41,032 nucleotides of DNA from a virus. How positions within the stretch are numbered: the stretch's first letter is position 1; each line of letters starts with the position of its first letter. Both the position numbers and the translations under genes were made by a program. Positions 27,097 to 34,536 of this stretch are shown here, one piece after another. The DNA is taken from the IMG/VR virus record IMGVR_UViG_3300045988_116178, positions 1 through 41,032 of that record, one strand, 5' to 3'. The notes beneath the pieces were generated by a model that saw only the letters and a list, made by a program, of their open reading frames with translations, had not been told where the DNA came from and did no database searches.

Positions 27097-27186
27097 ACGA
27101 GCACTCTCCTTAACAATTTTCCCCACCCGGGGGCCACCGGCAACGCCCGGTTGCCTGACCAAAAAAGAAACGAGAAACAAGCCCGA

Positions 27187-28092
27187 CTATGCGAGCTTAT
27201 CCCTCCACTGTTTAGCGCGAATCTGGTAGTACTGTTTACGCCAATCCTTCAAGCTCATACCCTTCACCCACTCGGACTGAAACTGTCTACCCTGACTAAA
27301 CAAATCCCCAACAAGCCACTCCGCGCGCGACTTAACTGGAACGACATAACACTGACAGTGGGGGTGCCCATTGTCAGCCTCACTCAACGCGGCACCATCT
27401 TTACCGATACCACGCGAACGCCTTGTTGTAGCGGTAGCCTCATTATGATAAACAGGCCCGCGAGAAATCAACATTGCACACCAAGCACAAGGCTTGCCCG
27501 TGCGGGACACTCGCGCCCAACCAGAATACTGGCCAGAACGCGGCACAACATCCGTAATCAACTGCCTATAGCCAGCAGCCGCAAGATGCTCCATCGTCCC
27601 CGCAAACAAGCTACGCACCTTATCCTCATCACCAGCCTCAACAGAAGCTAGAGAATCCTCAAAACGGTCAGTAATCAACTGCACATCCCTAGCACGCTTA
27701 TCACGCAACGACACCGCCCCGGCCTTCAACAGGCTAACGCCAATACGCCTAGCCCCGACGATAGTAACGCCAGCCGGAACCCTAGCCACAGACTCAAACT
27801 CTGCCACAAGATCACCCAACTGATACCACTTCGGCTGATTGCTAGGAGCAATAAACACACTAGGAACCGTATAGCCAAACTCTAAAGCCATACGAAGGCG
27901 GAAATAGGCCATAGCCAGTTCAGCACCACGCGACCACACGTTACTACCCGTAGACAACAAGCGGCCCGCTAGGACACGTTTATCTTTCGCGTTGTCCCAT
28001 GCGGCGGCGGCCTGTGCGGAAACCTCACCAGACAGGCGGGCAACCGCATCACCGAAAGCCTTATTCAAAGCATCTATATTCCGGTCCCCCAT
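27187..28092 (-). CDS. MuF-like minor capsid (head morphogenesis) protein
   Basis: GWARVSRTGKPCAWCAMLISRGPVY ... HPHCQCYVVPV resembles the conserved C-terminal Cys/His core of MuF/SPP1 gp7 family proteins. The ATG shares a base with the portal stop (TGATG). Confidence 0.8.
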   Translation of the reverse strand: MGDRNIDALNKAFGDAVARLSGEVSAQAAAAWDNAKDKRVLAGRLLSTGSNVWSRGAELAMAYFRLRMALEFGYTVPSVFIAPSNQPKWYQLGDLVAEFESVARVPAGVTIVGARRIGVSLLKAGAVSLRDKRARDVQLITDRFEDSLASVEAGDEDKVRSLFAGTMEHLAAAGYRQLITDVVPRSGQYSGWARVSRTGKPCAWCAMLISRGPVYHNEATATTRRSRGIGKDGAALSEADNGHPHCQCYVVPVKSRAEWLVGDLFSQGRQFQSEWVKGMSLKDWRKQYYQIRAKQWRDKLA

Positions 28093-29585
28093 CAAAGCTC
28101 GCTCTCAGCAGAACCGTTAGGAGCAACAGTGGAAGGAGAATCCAACTCCCCACCGCTAGAAGAACCAGCGTTAGTGAAAAACTCATTATACGACCTAAGC
28201 GCGCCATTCAACAGATCATCCTCCCGCTCTTCCTTATACATCTCATACCACTGATCCAACTGAGTAGGAGACACGCCCGGAATCAACGTCCACAACGCGC
28301 GCTTAGGAACATCCAAGTCAACCGCAATCTTCGCCAAGCCATCAGCAACCTTCGACAACGCACGGCGATCCAAATCGCGCCACAGTATCTCGTTACGCTC
28401 CCAGCCGTCACGCGGCTCACGGCCCTCCAACAACATAGCAATACGAATCACTCGCTCCCACGCTTCACCAAAGTTACGAGCATACAAGTCAACGCGACGA
28501 CGGAACGTCCGTTCAGAAGCCTCCAACGCCTCAGCAGACAAGTTAGCCATCTGCCCAAGGAAGAAATCGGGCGGAGTCTGAGACAGCGCGCCGAAGTCCT
28601 TAATCAGCATGTCCAGTGTATGCACGAAACCAGACTGGTCAGAACCAGTCAACTGGCCGAACTTAGCATCAGGGTTCATGTCGCCAATAATGTCACCCGC
28701 GTTAATCTTAAACGGGGCATACAATGGATTGCCCTGCTTGTCCGTCAACACGTTACCATCAGCATCCTTCTGATAAGGCGGGGTAACACCCGTAGCCCAC
28801 AAGACGCGCTGAGCGTTAAACGTCTGATCCAACAGCATGTTAAACAATGCTTGGTTGAACGAATCCTGCCACGGGATAATAGGCTCCACAGCGCCCATAG
28901 CCCGCCCAGTAGCATCCATGTCAGACACAAACCGCGTAACAGGGCACAAACCGTTACCACCATGCGGGACGCTAGACACGTGACGGAAATCGCCAGACTC
29001 CATCGAAAACTCATAACGGTTATAACGATCCCAGCCGACAGCCCATCCAGCAATCTTCTTCCCCTTCGGAGTCTCCTTCTCAGGGCGAATAACAGTCAAC
29101 ACAAACACAGGATTATCGTCCGACACAGGATCATCATACAACGCCGTAGTATTCAAAGGGTTAAGAATCTGAGCAACCGCACCACCATCAGGCCCGTTAG
29201 ACGCAACAACGAAAGAATGACCATAAGCGATAGCCGCACTATGAACAATCCCCTGCTTAGCATCCAAACCGCAACGCTGCCAGAAATCCCACTCAGGAAT
29301 ATCCGTCAACGACTCAGCCGTACCCTCAGCATCACCCGGACGAAAACCGTCAACCTGCAACGCCTGATTAGCAGCCTTCACCGGGATAGCACACCACGGC
29401 TGTTTCGCCTTCCGCATCAAAGACTGATGTTCCGGCTCCATGTTCTTAGCCGAATAAGGATCATCAAACTTACCATGCAAATAACGATCAACCTTATCCA
29501 GCACTTCCGTTCGATCACGAGTAATAATCGAATAACATTCCTCAGCTAGTTCGCCAGCCGTCATAGAATCATAAACACTAAACAA
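28092..29585 (-). CDS. Portal protein
   Basis: 497 aa, directly downstream of the large terminase gene. SPP1 gp6-type size and position. Confidence 0.9.
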   Translation of the reverse strand: MFSVYDSMTAGELAEECYSIITRDRTEVLDKVDRYLHGKFDDPYSAKNMEPEHQSLMRKAKQPWCAIPVKAANQALQVDGFRPGDAEGTAESLTDIPEWDFWQRCGLDAKQGIVHSAAIAYGHSFVVASNGPDGGAVAQILNPLNTTALYDDPVSDDNPVFVLTVIRPEKETPKGKKIAGWAVGWDRYNRYEFSMESGDFRHVSSVPHGGNGLCPVTRFVSDMDATGRAMGAVEPIIPWQDSFNQALFNMLLDQTFNAQRVLWATGVTPPYQKDADGNVLTDKQGNPLYAPFKINAGDIIGDMNPDAKFGQLTGSDQSGFVHTLDMLIKDFGALSQTPPDFFLGQMANLSAEALEASERTFRRRVDLYARNFGEAWERVIRIAMLLEGREPRDGWERNEILWRDLDRRALSKVADGLAKIAVDLDVPKRALWTLIPGVSPTQLDQWYEMYKEEREDDLLNGALRSYNEFFTNAGSSSGGELDSPSTVAPNGSAESEL

Positions 29586-29608
29586 AAACCATCACACTCC
29601 TAGCGAAT

Positions 29609-31324
29609 CTAGCCACGGAAGAAACCGCCACGAACAGGCTCAACCTTAGCCGCCCTGAACGACTCTTCCTCACGGTAATCCATCAACGCCCCATACGCGA
29701 GCATCCAAGCCGCATACAAGTCAACCTTCAACTTATGGTCACGATTATCCTTAGTAAACGACACGCCATACGACGTGTCCTTACGCGCAACATTCATAAA
29801 ATGACGACGCAACGAAGCCTGAGACGCGCGAGAACCACCCGCCAGCAGGCGGCCATTCAAAATCGCAGACATAAACTGTTCATGCAACTTCACCACACGA
29901 CGCTGAGAACCACGCATATCAAAAGCAATAGGACCATTAGGAGCATGAACCACCATCGACGGCCCATAAGCCAAACCCCACTCATAAATATACGACTCCC
30001 ACAACGCCACGTCAGCATAAAACGCGACCACATTATAATCACGAAAAGCCCTATGAACAGCAGACTCAACCACTTCACGGTTAACTTCCCAGTGGCCCTC
30101 CCAGTCAGCAGGCCGCTCCTCCAACAACAAGGGAACCGACAAGCCGTCAGACACGCGAATAGCCATCAAAGCGGTAGCGTCATCACTCTTACCACCATCA
30201 AAGCCCAAGCAGATCGTATCGCCCGGCTCCAAATCGCCCTTAGACTCAATACGCTTCCAATCGTCAGGAGAATACAACCGGCCTTCAGCCATCCACACTT
30301 GATTATAAAACATGCGCCGCGACTCACTCACAGAACGAGAAGGATCACAAACCTCATTCCAAGCAGACTCCCAATCACACCACACACTATCACCACGAAC
30401 CATATCATAAACGAGATGAAACACTCGCTCGTTCACAGGCGCGTGCGCGGGAGCCTCCAAACTATCATACAAGATGCTGTTAGCCTTAGCGCGGCCCTCC
30501 AACGCATCCATAGCAGCAGCATGATCCGCTTCAGCCACGCTATTCTCACCCGGACTATAAGCGTTAGTAATCGCCAAATACCGGCCACGAGTCTTAGACA
30601 AGTTACCACCCAAAACCGTTTTTAACCGCTCACCACCATTAGAAGGCAGCCAGTGTTGCGTCTCATTATACAAGAGGAACGTAGGGCGATTACCTTCCTT
30701 ACCGCGCGGAGCACTAGAAATACGCTGAATACGACACGTCCTCAAAAAGCCCCAAACGTCATTCATCATAACCTCAAGACCACAATCACGCGACAACTCC
30801 TCACTCACCAAAAGACGAATCATCTCAAACGTGTTATCCGTCTGACTATACTCAACAGCCGCAAGCTGCACACGAGCATTACGACGGCGAATAGCCAAAG
30901 GCTCACCATTCTTATCCCAACCATTAAACACGCTAGGACCAAACGCCTCAACCAAACACAACACGGCAAGCAAAGGATCCTTGCCCCAGCCTTTAATCCG
31001 CTGCAACATGCCACGCGACGGATACAAAAACTTACCATTCTCATCAATCGCATACCACCACAACACGAACCGCAACTGCTCCAACGTGAACGTGAACGCT
31101 TCCTGATCGGGAGCGATAGGATTCAAATACCACGTGCACCATTCCGCGATACGCCAGCCCAAAGTATGCTCAGGTAGGACGAAGCGCCCGTCCTCATCAC
31201 GTTCCCACACGGGTCCGTAATGGACAGGCGCATACTTTATTCTCAGCTCGTCATCTGTCAACTCATTATCATCAGCGTCCATGAGCTGTTGTATTGTTTT
31301 CCTTTCCCCCACAGACACCCCCAA
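29609..31324 (-). CDS. terL: Terminase large subunit
   Basis: 571 aa with P-loop-like GWGKD and Walker-B-like FLLYNE. Lies upstream of the portal gene. The formal start is TTG at 31324; an ATG at 31282 is an alternative. Confidence 0.95.
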   Translation of the reverse strand: MGVSVGERKTIQQLMDADDNELTDDELRIKYAPVHYGPVWERDEDGRFVLPEHTLGWRIAEWCTWYLNPIAPDQEAFTFTLEQLRFVLWWYAIDENGKFLYPSRGMLQRIKGWGKDPLLAVLCLVEAFGPSVFNGWDKNGEPLAIRRRNARVQLAAVEYSQTDNTFEMIRLLVSEELSRDCGLEVMMNDVWGFLRTCRIQRISSAPRGKEGNRPTFLLYNETQHWLPSNGGERLKTVLGGNLSKTRGRYLAITNAYSPGENSVAEADHAAAMDALEGRAKANSILYDSLEAPAHAPVNERVFHLVYDMVRGDSVWCDWESAWNEVCDPSRSVSESRRMFYNQVWMAEGRLYSPDDWKRIESKGDLEPGDTICLGFDGGKSDDATALMAIRVSDGLSVPLLLEERPADWEGHWEVNREVVESAVHRAFRDYNVVAFYADVALWESYIYEWGLAYGPSMVVHAPNGPIAFDMRGSQRRVVKLHEQFMSAILNGRLLAGGSRASQASLRRHFMNVARKDTSYGVSFTKDNRDHKLKVDLYAAWMLAYGALMDYREEESFRAAKVEPVRGGFFRG

Positions 31325-31975
31325 TCAGTAAGAAGTTGCGGCGGGGCGGAGCACCGGCACCCCGGGCCCCCGCCGCTGTGTGGGAGCCGCAAACCGGACG
31401 GGCTATCTGTGGCTAGTTCCCATCCGTAAACACCGGCACCACAAGCCGCTCCCACTGGACGTGTTTCCTCTCAACAGGGGACTCTCAATCCCCAAACCTT
31501 AAAAGACAAGTAAAGCATAAATAAAGCAAGGTAAAAGAAACGGTAACGCGATACCCTATTCCAGATACCGCGCTACCGCGTGTGAGAATCCAAACCAGAC
31601 GAACCTCACTAAAAACAGTCCATCCCTAAACGCCAACCACATAGGGCGTTCTCACAGAGAGCGTTTGCTATCCTGCTTGCCAGAACCACAACACAGTCCT
31701 TTACCATCAAGACAGGCAACAGTTCTAGCCGATATTAAATTATCACACTAGCCACACCCAGAAAGGCGTAGCCCCCACAAAATGACGGCACCAACCACAC
31801 ACATGAAACAACACGTGCCGCCCTTCCCCAAAGAACCAAAGAACCTTGGGGGACTTGGCAACAGCCACCCAAACAGGCGCGTTCACCACACTTAAACCCA
31901 GTCCACTCTCTCGCCGCCGGAAGCAGCGAGAGGCGGTCTGGTGAGGCCCCCTAAACCCGGGCGGGGAACCCCCTG

Positions 31976-32059
31976 TACTCACAGAGGGAGTCGAACCCTC
32001 ACAGCCACAAGGCCAGCAGATTTTGAGTCTGCCATGTCTACCAATTCCATCATGTGAGC
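31976..32059 (-). tRNA. tRNA-Leu (anticodon CAA), class II with a long variable arm
   Basis: Hand-folded cloverleaf. Acceptor GCTCACA/TGTGAGT (one G-U pair). D arm ATG-GAATTGGTAGA-CAT. Anticodon arm GCAGA-CTCAAAA-TCTGC. 15-nt variable arm. T arm GAGGG-TTCGACT-CCCTC. Discriminator A. No encoded CCA. Confidence 0.85.
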
Positions 32060-32076
32060 CAACACCCACCAGTATA

Positions 32077-32322
32077 CTACTTAAAGAACACTTTAAGCAA
32101 ATCCGGGCGGAAACCAGACCAACGCTCCTGACCAGCAGGCTCATCAACCTCAACCACAGGAGCCGAAGTAAAACCCAAACCAGTCAAGCGCTCGCGGGAC
32201 ACAGTATCCTCACTCAAGTCAACAGTCTCATACCCAACACCACGCTTATCCAACCACCGCTTAGTCGCAGTACAACCAGTGCAATTAGGAATAGTATAAA
32301 CAGTTACAGCCACAATACGCAA
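32077..32322 (-). CDS. nrdH: NrdH/glutaredoxin-like redoxin
   Basis: 81 aa. VTVYTIPNCTGCTATKRWLDKRGVGYETVDL shows the CxxC thioredoxin-fold N-terminus typical of NrdH. Confidence 0.85.
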   Translation of the reverse strand: MRIVAVTVYTIPNCTGCTATKRWLDKRGVGYETVDLSEDTVSRERLTGLGFTSAPVVEVDEPAGQERWSGFRPDLLKVFFK

Positions 32323-32351
32323 CCCCTCTCAAAAAAGTCAACAATGAAGTT

Positions 32352-32888
32352 TCAGCCAGTCGCCAAACGCTTCCGGTAATCGTCCAACACTCTAATCTTA
32401 GCATCAAACTCTTCCCCATTGTCAACCTCAGAATCCAACTCAATATGAACACGCCTACGATCAGCCTCAGACACCAAAAGCCGAGCCAAAATATCATGAG
32501 CCAACTGAAGCTTCATAGCCCCAACGTCACGAGTCACAGGAGGCTCCACCATCGGCAACCCCTGCTCCCGACGCTCCTCAGGCTTAAGCCATGACGCATC
32601 TCGTATCCACGCTTCTTGCAGCTTACGGGAGCGTATGTGTTCTTCGTGTTGCTTCTTGTAGTCGCTTAGGTCGTCGCAGACTAGGTAGGCGATTGCCCAG
32701 TCTGATTCCTGCCAGAAGTCAACCTGCCCGCTCTCAGCGAACGAGTTGAACAAGTCTTTAACAGCCTTATGCCACTGTTTGCGTGGGAGGTGTGTTTTGG
32801 TCGGTCGGGCTACGCCATGAGACGCGCGGTCTACGCGGCTCGGCCTGTCGTCTACGAGCTGGCTTGTTCGCATCGGAATTTTCGACAT
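32352..32888 (-). CDS. terS: Terminase small subunit
   Basis: 178 aa. SDWAIAYLVCDDL and LLVSEADRRRVHIEL resemble motifs I recall from actinophage small terminases. The ATG at 32888 is preceded by GAGGGGGG. Confidence 0.75.
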   Translation of the reverse strand: MSKIPMRTSQLVDDRPSRVDRASHGVARPTKTHLPRKQWHKAVKDLFNSFAESGQVDFWQESDWAIAYLVCDDLSDYKKQHEEHIRSRKLQEAWIRDASWLKPEERREQGLPMVEPPVTRDVGAMKLQLAHDILARLLVSEADRRRVHIELDSEVDNGEEFDAKIRVLDDYRKRLATG

Positions 32889-33231
32889 TCAACATCCCCC
32901 CTCTCATGGTGCCATCGGCGTTTAAATATGCAGGATGCGTTTCCTGCTTACGAAACTTCTGCTTACTCTCTTCAATCAGACGCTTACGCGCCCACCAGCC
33001 CTCACTAGAACTCTTCCGCGCGTGATGCTTACTACACAACCCGCGTAGGTTGCGGAACGAATGATCGTCCCCCGGCTTAATATGATCAACATCCGTCGCC
33101 TTCTCTGGGCAACGTTCTTCTCTGGTTATCATCCACTCGCAGCGATACCCGCAGCGTTCTAAGACTCGTTTACGGCGGGCCTGCCAGTCAGCAGGAAGCC
33201 GCTCACGGCGGCGACTAGTCTCCCAAGGCAT
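32767..33231 (-). CDS. HNH endonuclease (terminase-associated)
   Basis: CEW...CPEKATDVDHIKPGDDHSFRNLRGLCSKHHARK carries the H-N-H core. ATG at 33231 lies 9 nt after GGAG. The formal GTG at 33291 is less likely. Confidence 0.85.
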   Translation of the reverse strand: MPWETSRRRERLPADWQARRKRVLERCGYRCEWMITREERCPEKATDVDHIKPGDDHSFRNLRGLCSKHHARKSSSEGWWARKRLIEESKQKFRKQETHPAYLNADGTMRGGMLNVENSDANKPARRRQAEPRRPRVSWRSPTDQNTPPTQTVA

Positions 33232-33840
33232 AAACACGCGCTCCTGTCGTTTGAGTCCCGTAGGAGGGCCAGCAGCGTTGCTGACAGCCACATCCTGACA
33301 TTGCGCGCCCCAGCAAGAAAAAACGCGCTAAGCGGCCGGAGAGAACCGAGAAAACAGGGAAAGGAATAAGCCGTTCCCCCGCGCAACCCCACACCAACGG
33401 TTGCGAGTCTCAATCAACCCCCCTACGGGCCATCTTATGCGCCCGGTAAAGTCCACACGCTCTAGCAGCAGTGTGATCGAACAACCCATACCACACAGGC
33501 AATGGGAGCATATTATTTAACCCGAACGCAAGAATCATTAAAACCAATTTTCTAACACCATAAAGTTCGCGAATATGGTTCGCGCACCCGCGAAGCGGAA
33601 CCGTACAATCGCGAAAGGAAAAAAGATAGCGAAAGAAAAAAGAACAAAAACAATAATTAAAAACATATAAGTTCGCGCAGATGAATTATGCACGGCGAAG
33701 CCGAAGCATACACATCTCGCGCGCTATCGCGCACTCAAAAATTCCTAAGGAGAAAAGGGTTGTGAGCTTAGAAACGGACACCGAAGGTGTCTGTTTCGCT
33801 TGCGAACAACCTAAAGCCGGACTTTAAAAGAAAGTAACAA

Positions 33841-34020
33841 AGAAAATAATAATAATATTTAATATAATATATTCTAAATGTTTACTTTAAGTAAAACACT
33901 CATGTTAATGTTAATGTTTTACTTTTAGTAATTATTATTAGAAATAATACTGTTATATTCTAACATTAATTCCTAATGTTTAATGTTAATAATAATTATT
34001 TATTTATATTTAGTTTTAGT
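33841..34020. other. Extreme AT-rich block (candidate DNA unwinding element)
   Basis: Hand count gives 24 G/C in 180 nt (about 13% GC). No ORF on any frame. Contains AT palindromes such as aataattatt. Confidence 0.8.
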
Positions 34021-34099
34021 GTTAGAACTTAATGTTTAACATTAGGTTCTAAGTTTTTATCCCTCTACTAATAAGTTTGGATTTGAGTAAGTACCTAAA

Positions 34100-34420
34100 A
34101 TGGGGTTTTGTGACTAAGGTCACTAAACTAGTATTAGAACTAACCTCTAAGCACTAACGTTAGGGACTTTAGTCCCTAGACTAACTACTAAAAGCATGTT
34201 AATAACACTAGCGCTAACACTAGTGTTTAACACTAGATAGTAAACTAAGAGTAAAGTATATTTATAACACTTAGAGTATAAATATATATAACACTAAACA
34301 CTAACACTTAGTGTTAACACTTAACATTAAGTTAACATTAGTACTTAAATATAAAAGTTAGAATATAAATATATATAACACTAACACTAAAGATAACATT
34401 AAGTATTAACACTTAGAGAG
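34100..34420. repeat. Array of TAACA(C/T)T(A/T)AG-type short repeats and palindromes (iteron-like)
   Basis: TAACACTAG at 34203, 34215 and 34228. At least a dozen related copies. 27-nt direct repeat at 34271-34297 and 34358-34384 (26/27 identical). Palindrome aacactagtgtt at 34216-34227. Confidence 0.75.
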
Positions 34421-34536
34421 AAGCTAAGGCTTCTCTCTTCTCTTCTCTCTTTGCTCTCTCTTCTCTCTTTCTTTCTTTATGTTACTTTCTTTCTTTCTCT
34501 CTTCTCTCTCATTTCTCTCTTCTCTTCTCTCTTCTT
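34415..34536 (+). repeat. 10-bp hairpin leading into a 107-nt polypyrimidine (CT) tract
   Basis: agagagaagc (34415-34424) pairs with gcttctctct (34429-34438). Positions 34430-34536 contain only 5 purines (34453, 34479, 34481, 34484, 34511). Confidence 0.9.

Noticed and set aside
27999-29549. Very long plus-strand ORFs antisense to late genes (for example 27999-29549 at 516 aa, 12382-13455, 20104-21060, 29735-30625, 4734-5342)
   Set aside because: Their products are low-complexity (T/S/R/N/P/Q/H/I/L-rich) and lie fully antisense to well-supported structural or replication genes. The A+C-rich plus strand is depleted in T and G, so stops are rare.
31743-32153. 136-aa minus-strand ORF spanning the tRNA-Leu gene and part of the spacer
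   Set aside because: It overlaps a well-folding tRNA, its translation looks non-genic, and it has no RBS.
33762-33827. 21-codon plus-strand micro-ORF (MSLETDTEGVCFACEQPKAGL) with AAGGAG 9 nt upstream of a GTG
   Set aside because: It is too short to support from sequence alone, and the AAGGAG sits in a purine-rich run where it can arise by chance. It is mentioned within a finding but not called as a gene.
33841-34420. The AT-rich repeat region as a CRISPR array
   Set aside because: The repeats are only 9-10 nt, degenerate, irregularly spaced and in both orientations. There is no repeat-spacer periodicity of 25-40 nt and there are no cas genes.
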